A DNA stretch of 64,000 nt from a virus, in IMG/VR virus record IMGVR_UViG_3300002835_000025, one strand, 5' to 3'. The notes under the pieces were generated by a model. The model was not told where the DNA came from and searched no databases. It worked only from the letters and a program-made list of their open reading frames with translations. How positions within the stretch are numbered: the stretch's first letter is position 1; each line of letters starts with the position of its first letter. The position numbers and the translations under genes are program-made. This document shows positions 6,928 through 16,992 of the stretch, piece by piece.

Positions 6928-9762
6928 ATGGCAGATCCAATAGTAGATGCACCTATACCAGATACTCCGCCACCTGAAGCAAAACTGACTGGACACAAAG
7001 CCCAGATTGCTATGAAAGGTATTAAGGCAATCAAAGAACAAATGATTGCTGGAGGATTTACTTCAAAATATGCACAATGTGCTGTGTTGGCTATTGCTGG
7101 AGGTGAATCTGCATGGCAATGTATTGCTGAAGGATATCCACATAGTTATAAACTTTTGACTAGTGGTAAATTTTCAAATGTATCAGAAGCTGATGCACAG
7201 AAATATAGTAATGCAAAGAAGAATGGAATCTCAAAGGTTGAATATTTTGGATGGTTGTATGGTACTAGATTAAGAAAATCTGCTGCTGAAGGTAATTACT
7301 ACGGACGTGGTTATATTCAGTTGACATTTTCTGATGCTTATGATAAAATGTCAAAGCGTATTGGCGATCCAAATATTGACCTTTTAAAGAATCCAGAATT
7401 ACTTGAAGGTGAAAGTGATGAAGCAATTCTTACTAATGCAAAATATGTTGTAGCATTCCTCAAATGGAAAATGAAAGATTGGAAGACTGCCCAGCATAGT
7501 CCTGGATTTATGGAATATGCATTGAAAGCTGTTGGAGGACTTCAAGATAGATGGCCACTAAAAAGAAGATATAATGAATACTTTTTAGGTGGAAAACCTG
7601 CTCCTGCTCCGGCATCAGATAAAGATCCAGCTACATCTACAATTCAGAAAACTCCTAAAGAAATTGCTACTGCTCCTCCACATAAGAAAGAAGCATATAC
7701 TGAACCAAGAGATGAGAATTTTGATAAGAATGGATTTACAGATCCAGAAGGTAAGTATCCTTTAAGGGATTACATGAATGAGCCAGATACTAATCGTCTT
7801 GCTCGTGGAATTCTTAAAGGTACAAATATCGAATATAAAGACCAGACTAGACACAAATCGATACCAACTCCTAATGGAGGAAGTTACGAACAACCTAGAG
7901 CAGGATTTAGTTCCGTTTATCCTTACAATAAAGTGTTTGAATCTGAAAGTGGTCACGTTCTTGAATTTGATGATAGTCCTGCTGGTGAACGTGTAAACTT
8001 GTATCATAAGAAAGGCACATTTATTGAAATCGATGCTAATGGTACTCAAGTCAATCATATCATTGGCGATGGGTATTATATTGTAGAACATAATGGTAAC
8101 ATATTTGTTAATGGATGTTGTAATATTACAATCAATGGTAATACCAATCTGTTATGTGGTGGAGATGCTACCGTTGAAGTAAATGGTACCAGTGATATCA
8201 TTCTTCATAATGATGCTAATATTGGTGTTGCTAAAGACTTGAATATTGCTGTCGGTGGCGATATGAATGTTCTTGTTGAAGGTAACTATAATCTTGAAGT
8301 TGGCAAGACATTCAATACTCGTACTATTGGTACTATGTCACTCGAATCCAACGATGCATTAAAATTGAAGACTCAAAAGAATATCAGTATGGAAGGTGGA
8401 GATACTCAATCTACTGCTGAAACTCTTATGAAACTTTCAGGCGATATCAAAATAGAAACAGATGGTGCTTACCAAATTAAAGCCAAATCTATTCAATTCG
8501 AAACTACTGAAACTCTCAAATTAAATGCTGGTGGTCAATTAAGTGCTAAAGGAACAAAAATTAATCTTAATGATCCTGATGAAACGATACCAACATTGGA
8601 TAAATTAGGAACTCCTAAGAAACCAGTAGACTTTAAAGGTGATACTAAATCTAATACAGAAGAACATGTATTGGTTGATACGTCACTTAATCCAGCAGGA
8701 GAATTCAATCCTAATACTTTAAGTGAATCGGTAATGGATTCTGTTATTAATAAGTTACCATTGTCAGATGATATTAAAGGATTATTTGGTGGAACTACTC
8801 CAGATGTATATGATAAGAAATATGCTGATCAGCCAATCGAAACTAAAACGTCACTTCAAGCAGCAGGGGTTTCTAAAGGAAGATTGGTAGTTCCTCCAGT
8901 AGCAATACCAAATAATACAATATTGGATAATTTACCATCGCCCGATAGAATATCAGAAATGAGATATGACACCGAAGAAGATGCTGCTAGCGTAAAAGGT
9001 GCTAAAGCAATTGCTGCTAGAGATAGTACAGAAGAAGCAAAAGATGAATTAGCAAACAGAGAATCTTCTACTAATACTATTAAAGATGATGATGGTAATA
9101 TAGTTGATGCACCTTCTTTGTCTGGTGGATCAAGTTCATCTAAAGGATTATCGGCTGATAAGAAAGCAGAAATTGATGCTAAATCTGATTTCCCTATGAG
9201 TTACCCACTATCCAAACACTTTACTCTTGGAATGCTCATTAAGGATAAGAATGTTCTACGAGACCAAATGTTGCCTGGTGGTAAAAGTGAAAAAGCTGGA
9301 ACTCCTACTAGAATGTATACCAAACAGGAACTGGTGGCTAATTTAGCAGCATTGTGTGAAAACTGTTTAGAACCAATATATGATTTATTAGGACCGTGTA
9401 CTGATATGAGTAGTAATGGCACTTGGAAAATTAACTCTGGACTACGGAATCCTGGAAGTGTTGCTGGTTCAGGTGACGGTTCGGATCATAATAAAGGACG
9501 TGCTTGTGACTTCCAATTACATCCTAAAAGATCCATTACAGAAATGTACACCTTGGTAATGAAAATAGAAAAACTATTGCCATATAATCAATTGATATTT
9601 GAATATAGAAATGGTGGTGCTTCAAACTGGATTCATGTATCTTATTCAACTCAAGGCAATCAGAAACGAGCATTCACTATGATTAATGATAAACCAGTTA
9701 ATTCATCAGGACAACCTGCTTCTGGTTCAACTGGATTATTTAAGTTCTTTGCTAAGGATTAA
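6928..9762 (+). CDS. gp5: gp5 C-terminal part: GH19/lysozyme-like domain, beta-helix spike and C-terminal peptidase M15-like domain
   Basis: YYGRGYIQLT (GH19-like); YPYNKVFESESGHVLEFDDSPAGERVNLYHKKGTFIEID followed by VxG repeats; INSGLR...SDHNKGRACDF...QLIFEY...WIHVSY (M15). Confidence 0.85.
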   Translation: MADPIVDAPIPDTPPPEAKLTGHKAQIAMKGIKAIKEQMIAGGFTSKYAQCAVLAIAGGESAWQCIAEGYPHSYKLLTSGKFSNVSEADAQKYSNAKKNGISKVEYFGWLYGTRLRKSAAEGNYYGRGYIQLTFSDAYDKMSKRIGDPNIDLLKNPELLEGESDEAILTNAKYVVAFLKWKMKDWKTAQHSPGFMEYALKAVGGLQDRWPLKRRYNEYFLGGKPAPAPASDKDPATSTIQKTPKEIATAPPHKKEAYTEPRDENFDKNGFTDPEGKYPLRDYMNEPDTNRLARGILKGTNIEYKDQTRHKSIPTPNGGSYEQPRAGFSSVYPYNKVFESESGHVLEFDDSPAGERVNLYHKKGTFIEIDANGTQVNHIIGDGYYIVEHNGNIFVNGCCNITINGNTNLLCGGDATVEVNGTSDIILHNDANIGVAKDLNIAVGGDMNVLVEGNYNLEVGKTFNTRTIGTMSLESNDALKLKTQKNISMEGGDTQSTAETLMKLSGDIKIETDGAYQIKAKSIQFETTETLKLNAGGQLSAKGTKINLNDPDETIPTLDKLGTPKKPVDFKGDTKSNTEEHVLVDTSLNPAGEFNPNTLSESVMDSVINKLPLSDDIKGLFGGTTPDVYDKKYADQPIETKTSLQAAGVSKGRLVVPPVAIPNNTILDNLPSPDRISEMRYDTEEDAASVKGAKAIAARDSTEEAKDELANRESSTNTIKDDDGNIVDAPSLSGGSSSSKGLSADKKAEIDAKSDFPMSYPLSKHFTLGMLIKDKNVLRDQMLPGGKSEKAGTPTRMYTKQELVANLAALCENCLEPIYDLLGPCTDMSSNGTWKINSGLRNPGSVAGSGDGSDHNKGRACDFQLHPKRSITEMYTLVMKIEKLLPYNQLIFEYRNGGASNWIHVSYSTQGNQKRAFTMINDKPVNSSGQPASGSTGLFKFFAKD

Positions 9763-9873
9763 TAGAATGCACCTGTAATTGATTCAGGTTATAACCAAAT
9801 GTATTGATAAAACCCATTAAGATATAATATACAGCATATTGATGGGTCTTGTCAACATTATTAAGGAAACAAA

Positions 9874-10182
9874 ATGTCAAGTAAAGGAATAGCACGAGGT
9901 TCAGGAAAAGATACTGTATCAACTGGTCATCAATGTGATGCTACAACCACAGCCAATCAATGTTCATCTGATGTTATAATCAATGGCAAAGGTGCATGTA
10001 GATTGGGAGATACTATAACTATTCATAATCATAAAGTTGGTGATAGTTGTGTTCCTCATACTGCTTCAATAACTTCAGCATCAAGTTCAGTATTTGTAAA
10101 TGGGATTGCTATTGCTAGAGACACCGATAGTGCTGATTCTGGTTCAATATCTTCAGGTTCAACAGACGTATTTGCAGGATAA
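9874..10182 (+). CDS. PAAR spike-tip protein (gp5.4-like)
   Basis: GH..C...SSDVIINGKGACRLGD...H...SSSVFVNGIAIAR; follows gp5. Confidence 0.85.
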   Translation: MSSKGIARGSGKDTVSTGHQCDATTTANQCSSDVIINGKGACRLGDTITIHNHKVGDSCVPHTASITSASSSVFVNGIAIARDTDSADSGSISSGSTDVFAG

Positions 10183-10185
10183 TAA

Positions 10186-10818
10186 ATGAAAAACACTCGC
10201 ACATTTTCAGACATAGATTTAAACTTCAATCCGGTAGCGTCGTCTCAAGATAGATACGATGTTGCTGTTGATACGGATTCCTTAATAACTTGTGAAGATA
10301 CTACACCAATCGTAATAGGTTCCAATACTCTATTTTCCTATATGATTAAACCCAATGATAATCTTTACATTAATGGATCATTCATTGGCAAAATCAAATC
10401 AATAGAATCTGATACTCAACTTACGCTCATTGCTAACAGTACTCAATCACTTCAAGTTTCTGGTACTCAATTGAAGTATTCTACTCCTGGTGATATAGCA
10501 TTACGATATGATGCTAATGCTATCAAAGGTTCCTTACGTAACTTGATTCTTACTATGAATCATGAAAGACCTTTCAATAGTAAACTAGGTTCTCAGGTAA
10601 AAGCATTAATGTTTGAACCTGCGGATCCAATTACTCATATCAAGTTAAAGCAGTCCATTATCAATACCGTGAATGCTTATGAACCTAGAGTTCAGTTGTT
10701 GGATGTAGTTGTCGATATGAAACCAGAATCCTATTCTGTAAATATTTCAATCATATTCCAGATAATAAATACAACAGAACCACTAAAAATAGATTTAGTT
10801 CTTAATCGAACACGATAA
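10186..10818 (+). CDS. gp25: baseplate wedge / sheath initiator with an ~85-aa insertion
   Basis: FSDIDLNF then, after the insertion, AIKGSLRNLILTMNHERPFNSKLGS...LMFEP...YEPRVQL. Confidence 0.85.
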   Translation: MKNTRTFSDIDLNFNPVASSQDRYDVAVDTDSLITCEDTTPIVIGSNTLFSYMIKPNDNLYINGSFIGKIKSIESDTQLTLIANSTQSLQVSGTQLKYSTPGDIALRYDANAIKGSLRNLILTMNHERPFNSKLGSQVKALMFEPADPITHIKLKQSIINTVNAYEPRVQLLDVVVDMKPESYSVNISIIFQIINTTEPLKIDLVLNRTR

Positions 10819-10833
10819 CCATAAGGAAGTGCC

Positions 10834-12639
10834 GTGGCCAATAACAAAATCACAACTCAAGATTTAGATTTTGATGGTATAAAATCCAATCTGAAAACCT
10901 TCTTTCAAGGTCAGACCGAACTATCAGATTATAACTTTGAGGGTTCTGGTCTTGCTTTGCTTCTGGACGTTCTAGCATATAATACTCATTATAATGCACT
11001 TTATACTAATCTTGCAGTCAATGAAGCGTTCTTAGATTCTGCTGTTAAAAGAAATAGTGTTGTATCAAAAGCATTTGAATTGGGTTATTTACCAAAATCA
11101 GCAACTTCTGCCAAATCTACAGTTAATATTACTGTATCTGGTGTTACTGGAAGTCCTGGATTATATTCACTTTCTGCTAATACGCCATTTACTACCAATG
11201 TGAATGGAACAACATATACATTCTACAATTTGGCACCTGCTGTTGCTCAGAATAATGGTGGCACTTACAAGTTTTCTAATGTCGTTTTGACTGAAGGTAT
11301 TCCATTAACTCAATCGTATATTGTATCGGATACCACAAGTTATATTATATCCAATCAGAACTGTGACATTTCTACTCTAACTGTGGACGTCTATGATAAT
11401 CCAAATTCAAGCGTAAAAACTAAATTCAGCCAAGTTGATGATATCATATCAGTTCAAGTAGATGAACCAGTATACTTCATTAAGGAAATTGAAGGTGGTA
11501 AGTATGAAATTCAATTTGGTAATGGACGAATTGGACGTGCTGTAAGTAACGGCAATATGATTGTAATGAACTACATGGTATCCAATAGAGCTAATGCTAA
11601 TGGTGCTAGAGTATTCAATACAACTGGTCTTGGTAGTAGTACAAACATTGTCACATTGACTACATCTAGTGGTGGTGGTGATGCTGAAACTATTGAAGAT
11701 ATTAAGTTCAATGCGCCACGTCTTTATAATGCTAACAATAGAGCAGTAACTTCCGAAGATTATCGTTCATTGCTTATTGCAAAGTTTCCAAATATCGATT
11801 CCATTAATGTGTGGGGAGGAGATGATAATATTCCTCCAGTTTATGGCAAAGTGTTTATTTCCATACTACCAAAATATAATGGAGTCTTGACTACTGCTGA
11901 AAAAGATATTATCAAGAATGATATCCTGAAATCAAGAAAAACTGTAACGATTGTTCCTGAATTTGTCGAACCATTCTATCTGAATATCAAACTCAATACT
12001 ACAGTATACTACAATTCAGATACAACTTCAAAATCTGCTTATGATATTTCGGTTGCTGCTACTAATGCTATATTGGATTACAACAATACTAATTTGAAGA
12101 AATTCGATTCAATCTTTAGATACTCAAAACTAATGGCTGCTATTGATGGTGCTGATATCGCTATCAACAGTAACATATCGACTTTGGTTATTGATAGAAC
12201 ATTACCAGTAAAGTTTAATGTTACTACAAACTATTTGTTTCATATTGATAATCCTGTCTATAGTTCAGGAGTTCCTGAGGATGCAGTAACCTCAAATGGA
12301 TTCTATGTTTTTGGTGATAATACGAATATTCAGTACTTGAAAGATGATGGATACGGAATTATTCAGAGATACTATATTGATCCAATCACATTATTGCCAG
12401 TCTTTACTAATACTAATCAAGGTACTATAAACTATTCGACTGGTTCATTATCGCTGACTGCATTGCATGTTACTAGATTTGCAAGTACTGAATTGATTAT
12501 TTCCTTTAAAATGCAATCCAACGATATCTTGTCAGTTAGGGACCATATTGTTAGAATTGAACCTGCATCGTTAACAGTAACATCAATTCCAGAATCTGGT
12601 AGTTCTGGTTTAACTCACACCTTTACTGCAAGTAGATAA
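10834..12639 (+). CDS. gp6: baseplate wedge subunit
   Basis: LDFDGIKSNLKTF...DYNFEGSGL..LLDVLAYNTHYNA...NEAFLDSA...NRAVTSEDY...PPVYGKVFIS. Confidence 0.92.
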   Translation: MANNKITTQDLDFDGIKSNLKTFFQGQTELSDYNFEGSGLALLLDVLAYNTHYNALYTNLAVNEAFLDSAVKRNSVVSKAFELGYLPKSATSAKSTVNITVSGVTGSPGLYSLSANTPFTTNVNGTTYTFYNLAPAVAQNNGGTYKFSNVVLTEGIPLTQSYIVSDTTSYIISNQNCDISTLTVDVYDNPNSSVKTKFSQVDDIISVQVDEPVYFIKEIEGGKYEIQFGNGRIGRAVSNGNMIVMNYMVSNRANANGARVFNTTGLGSSTNIVTLTTSSGGGDAETIEDIKFNAPRLYNANNRAVTSEDYRSLLIAKFPNIDSINVWGGDDNIPPVYGKVFISILPKYNGVLTTAEKDIIKNDILKSRKTVTIVPEFVEPFYLNIKLNTTVYYNSDTTSKSAYDISVAATNAILDYNNTNLKKFDSIFRYSKLMAAIDGADIAINSNISTLVIDRTLPVKFNVTTNYLFHIDNPVYSSGVPEDAVTSNGFYVFGDNTNIQYLKDDGYGIIQRYYIDPITLLPVFTNTNQGTINYSTGSLSLTALHVTRFASTELIISFKMQSNDILSVRDHIVRIEPASLTVTSIPESGSSGLTHTFTASR

Positions 12640-12641
12640 AG

Positions 12642-14459
12642 ATGACTTATAAAATACCAGCTGTTTCTGTTATTTTAAACCAGTTTCCTGAGTTTACAAG
12701 GGAAGACTATCCGGCGTTCATTAAATTTGTAGAATTATACTACAAACACCTTAACGACACTCAGGTTGCTGGTATTGGACAAAGTTTCGATTCCATAAGA
12801 GATGTTGATACTACTCTTGATAAGTTTATTGATGAACTATGGAAAGAATATGGTATCAATTTACCAAGAACCAATAGTGTCAATGATCGGTACTTTCTAA
12901 AGCATATCAAGGAATTCTATTCTGCTAAAGGTAGTGAAGAATCTTTCAGAATGCTATTCCGTCATCTGTATAATACAGAGATTGAAATCAAGTATCCAAA
13001 AGAACAGATACTGAAAACTTCGGACGGCACATGGACACAGGATATTTCTGTTCTAGTGAATGTTACTTCTGGTGACATTTTCAGTATCATTGACCAACAA
13101 ATAACTGTTTTTACTAATCAACAAACTATCAAAGTAGTTGCTAATAGAGTGCGATTACTTGATGATGGTCATTATGAAGTATTTCTTGATAAATTCCAAA
13201 GAGATTTAATATCAATTGGAAGTATTCTAGTAATGAATGATATTAGTGCTACTGTGGTAGAAACTATATCGAAGATTACAGTATATAAAGCAGGTGCTGG
13301 GTTTTTTCTAGGACAAATTTTTGTTCTGCCTTCTGTGTCTGGTACTAATGCAAGGGTTAAAGTTACTAAGGTTGGACCAATTGGAGAGTTATTAGAAATC
13401 CAAATATTAGATTTCGGATCTGGTTACGTATCCGATTTTAATACAACTGTAGTGTCAGGATCAACTCCATCGATGATAGTAACTGGTCAACTTTCATCAC
13501 AGACATTAGGGTTTATTGATAGTGGATTCATATCATCTAATTTCTATTCAGAATTGGATTATACTACAGGTTCATATTCTGGCGAAACTATAAGAGAATT
13601 TTATACTAGAATAGACGTACCCGAAGGTACCACAGTAGATGATAGTAAGGTAGCTGTGTTGTTAATTGAAATTGGTTCCATTAGAAGATATCCAGGTTTC
13701 TATTCAAATAGTTCTGGATTCTTATCAGATGCATACTATCTTCAAGATGGTTATTATTATCAAGACTTCTCGTACGTGATTTCTTGTGTAGAATCTATCA
13801 ATACTTATAGAAATATCATAAAGTCACTTTTACATCCATCTGGGATGAAATTATTTGGCAATCAGATATTTAAAAATGAGTTTGACGTTAGAAGTGTAGT
13901 AGAAATTGCTTATCTATATTTCCAATTTGCAATAACCGATTCTATTGAATCTGTAGATAATTATAAATATAGTTTAAATAAACCAATTACGGAATTTCTT
14001 ACAATATCAGATATTGGTGATTATGCTAGATATACTACAATTAATAAATCTATTTCTGATACATTATCATTATCTGAAACAGAAACACTTGGATTAAGTA
14101 AACCGTTAGTCGATTCTGTAAGCATAACTGGTGAAACAGAAATATTAGATTTTAGTAAAAATCTAACAGAAACCACTACATTATCAGAAACAGAAACACT
14201 TGGATTAAGTAAAAACTTAACAGACACATTTATATTATCAGAAACAGAAACACTTGGATTAAGTAAAAACTTAACAGACACATTTACATTATCAGAATCT
14301 GAATTATTAGATTTCAGTAAAAACTTAACAGACACATTTACATTTTTGGTAATCTATTATTGGGATACTTTATATGCTGATATTGAGTATATAGATAGTA
14401 ATATTGAACCAATAATTTCTAAAGCCGGATCAATTTATTCTATATCATTAACAAACTAA
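12642..14459 (+). CDS. baseplate wedge initiator (gp7-like) with C-terminal 18-aa repeats
   Basis: QFPEFTREDYPAFIKFVELYY...KHIKEFYSAKGSEESFRMLFR...LQDGYYYQDFSYVI...LLHPSGMKLFG; lies between gp6 and gp8. Confidence 0.7.
   Translation: MTYKIPAVSVILNQFPEFTREDYPAFIKFVELYYKHLNDTQVAGIGQSFDSIRDVDTTLDKFIDELWKEYGINLPRTNSVNDRYFLKHIKEFYSAKGSEESFRMLFRHLYNTEIEIKYPKEQILKTSDGTWTQDISVLVNVTSGDIFSIIDQQITVFTNQQTIKVVANRVRLLDDGHYEVFLDKFQRDLISIGSILVMNDISATVVETISKITVYKAGAGFFLGQIFVLPSVSGTNARVKVTKVGPIGELLEIQILDFGSGYVSDFNTTVVSGSTPSMIVTGQLSSQTLGFIDSGFISSNFYSELDYTTGSYSGETIREFYTRIDVPEGTTVDDSKVAVLLIEIGSIRRYPGFYSNSSGFLSDAYYLQDGYYYQDFSYVISCVESINTYRNIIKSLLHPSGMKLFGNQIFKNEFDVRSVVEIAYLYFQFAITDSIESVDNYKYSLNKPITEFLTISDIGDYARYTTINKSISDTLSLSETETLGLSKPLVDSVSITGETEILDFSKNLTETTTLSETETLGLSKNLTDTFILSETETLGLSKNLTDTFTLSESELLDFSKNLTDTFTFLVIYYWDTLYADIEYIDSNIEPIISKAGSIYSISLTN
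13930..14345 (+). repeat. 54-bp (18-aa) tandem repeat encoding SETETLGLSKNLTDTFxL-like units
   Basis: Near-identical units start at 14181, 14235 and 14289; more degenerate units lie upstream (about 7-8 in total). Confidence 0.9.
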
Positions 14460-14469
14460 AGGAACTATA

Positions 14470-14916
14470 ATGCTTACTCAAGAAAATATATCGATGAAAG
14501 GTGAATTAACTATTGACAGATTTGATGTTAATGGTCAACTTATTGAACAGAAAAAAATTCCTAATCTAATCGTATCATCAGGTAAAAACTTGATGATTTC
14601 GAGATTATTAGGAACTACAGATGGGGTAATGACCCACATGGGCGTTGGTACCGGTGTTACTAGTCCAGTTATTGGAAATACTGCATTAGAAACACCATTG
14701 AGTGCTAGAATTGCATTAACTTCTGCCATACAATCTACCAATACAGTAACTTATGTTGGCACATTTGGAGCTGGTGTTTCTACTGGTGCGATTACTGAAG
14801 CTGGTATATTCAATGCACTTACTTCAGGTACTATGCTATGTCGTACTACATTCCCAGTAGTTAATAAAGCAGCAGGTGACTCAATTGTAATTACTTGGGT
14901 AATAACACTTTCTTAA
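14470..14916 (+). CDS. 148-aa beta-rich virion structural protein
   Basis: AAGGA RBS; THMGVGTG...TALET...GTFGAGVSTGAITEAGIFNA...TMLCRTTFPVVNK..GDSIVITWVIT, a pattern common in phage structural modules. Confidence 0.7.
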   Translation: MLTQENISMKGELTIDRFDVNGQLIEQKKIPNLIVSSGKNLMISRLLGTTDGVMTHMGVGTGVTSPVIGNTALETPLSARIALTSAIQSTNTVTYVGTFGAGVSTGAITEAGIFNALTSGTMLCRTTFPVVNKAAGDSIVITWVITLS

Positions 14917-14929
14917 TTAGGAATAAAAT

Positions 14930-16951
14930 ATGACAGCAGCAATTTGCCCACTAATGCACAATACTATAGCAGATTCTATCTATAGTAGTGTAGTATCTAA
15001 ATCGTCTAAGTATTATTATTTCTTGGGTAAAACTGTGCCGTATACTCTAGTCAACGGAGTTGAACAAGTAGAAACTCCGTTGACTTCTTATAAATATGAA
15101 TTGGCCACAAGACGTGATATAATTTCTCTTAAACAAATTACTAATAACGATGTTAGTTATGTAGTACCTAGAATTGATTGGATACAAAATACTATCTACG
15201 ACCACTATGATGATTCATATACAGTAGATAATCCAGCACAGTCGGGTTCTACTAGTATTAATGATGCTCAATTTTATGTACTAACATCAACATATAATCT
15301 TTATATGTGCTTGGATAATAACTACGATTCTCCATCTACAATCATGCCAACTGGATATGACGTGCTTCCATTTACTACAGACGATGGATATAAATGGAAA
15401 TTCATGATGAATATACCATTAGCATTAAGATCTAAGTTCTTGACTGACCTACATATACCATTAACAAATGCGGTAAATACTATTTTCTATAATAATGGTG
15501 CAATTGACACCGTAACTATAGATTCTGCTGGGTCGGGTTATCCATCCAATACAACTGCATCGATTACTATAACTAGTCCGGAAATATCAAACGGTTCTTT
15601 TGTAGTTGGACAGACATATATCATTACCAATTTAGGAACAGCAACCTCACTTCAAGCAAAATGGAATATTGCAGCAGGAACTTCTAGTGTGACGTATGCA
15701 GTTGGCTCAGTATTTACGGCAGCTACTACTGGTTCTAATTTGACTGCTGCAAAAATCAAAGGAACTGGTGCAATATTAAAACCCTATATTTCTACTGTAG
15801 ATGGTTCCATAGCTTCTGTTAAGATTACTAATGGCGGAACTGGTTACCCTTCAGGTACTACACTTACAGTTTTAGGAGTGGGTACTGGCAAATTTACCGG
15901 TAATAATACTGCATTGCTTACTCCAGCAATCGTTAATGGTGTTATTACTCATGTGATAATAACTGATCCTGGTAAAAATTACAATAACAATGCAACCAAT
16001 CTTACGATACAAAGTGATACTGGAATAGATGCTCATATTTCTGCTATAGTAGAATCTGGACAGATTGTTGATGTAATTATTGATAATCCTGGATATGGTT
16101 ATAAAGATGCTAAAATTACAGCAATTGGTACTGGAGGATCTGGTGCTAAATTGACTGCTATAGTAACTGGAGGTCAACTTGATACTATCCAAGCCAATGT
16201 TGAATTATTAGCAGTAGATGGTTCTATTGATTATATTAAGGTAATTGACGGTGGATATGGATATGCTAGCATTAATGTAACTATTACTGGTGATGGAACT
16301 GGAGCTACTGCTACCGCTAATATTACGAACGGTATAGTAACTTCAATTAACATAGTAACTAGAGGATTTGGTTATACTTATGCTGAGGTTAATCTGACAC
16401 CAACTGGTGGTATCAATTCAACTCCTCCTACAGCAAGAGCTATTATTTCACCAAAATACGGACACGGAAATAATGCTTTATCTGAATTATTTGCTAGTAC
16501 TTTAATGTTCTATTCTACTATAGCACAGGATAATAGTACTGGTTTTACTATGAATAATGACTATCGTCAATTTGGCATCATCAAGAATCCAACTCAAAAT
16601 GATTCTACTCAATTGTTTTATGACAAACATGGAATTGCTTGCTATTCAGTAAATGCTACTATATCTAATGGCACAGTTGTCGAGGATATGATTCTTACGG
16701 ATGTTGATGGTAATAGATATATTATAATAGCAAAAAGTTCTACTAGTTTATTATTACAGCCAAGAGACAATTCTACTTTGTTAATCGGTTCAACTTTAGT
16801 TAATGGTAATATTTCTGTATACATTTCTCTTATTAACTACGAACCAAATGTTGACAAATACAGCGGTGACTTGTTGTATATTGATAATAGATCAGCATTT
16901 TATCAAACAATAGACCAATCAGTAACATTGCAAACTATCCTAAAATTTTAA
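14930..16951 (+). CDS. gp8: baseplate wedge subunit with inserted beta-repeat domains
   Basis: SYVVPRIDW...YDHYDD...FYVLTSTYNLYMCLDN...DDGYKWKFM...DYRQFGIIKNP...YSGDLLYIDNR; repeated GxGY motifs. Confidence 0.8.
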   Translation: MTAAICPLMHNTIADSIYSSVVSKSSKYYYFLGKTVPYTLVNGVEQVETPLTSYKYELATRRDIISLKQITNNDVSYVVPRIDWIQNTIYDHYDDSYTVDNPAQSGSTSINDAQFYVLTSTYNLYMCLDNNYDSPSTIMPTGYDVLPFTTDDGYKWKFMMNIPLALRSKFLTDLHIPLTNAVNTIFYNNGAIDTVTIDSAGSGYPSNTTASITITSPEISNGSFVVGQTYIITNLGTATSLQAKWNIAAGTSSVTYAVGSVFTAATTGSNLTAAKIKGTGAILKPYISTVDGSIASVKITNGGTGYPSGTTLTVLGVGTGKFTGNNTALLTPAIVNGVITHVIITDPGKNYNNNATNLTIQSDTGIDAHISAIVESGQIVDVIIDNPGYGYKDAKITAIGTGGSGAKLTAIVTGGQLDTIQANVELLAVDGSIDYIKVIDGGYGYASINVTITGDGTGATATANITNGIVTSINIVTRGFGYTYAEVNLTPTGGINSTPPTARAIISPKYGHGNNALSELFASTLMFYSTIAQDNSTGFTMNNDYRQFGIIKNPTQNDSTQLFYDKHGIACYSVNATISNGTVVEDMILTDVDGNRYIIIAKSSTSLLLQPRDNSTLLIGSTLVNGNISVYISLINYEPNVDKYSGDLLYIDNRSAFYQTIDQSVTLQTILKF

Positions 16952-16992
16952 TAAATACGATTATAATTTACTGTTACAGATAAGGAATACAG

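Noticed and set aside
14181-14345. 54-bp direct repeats as a possible CRISPR array
   Set aside because: The units are contiguous with no unique spacers, are a multiple of 3 and are in frame within a CDS; there are no cas genes.
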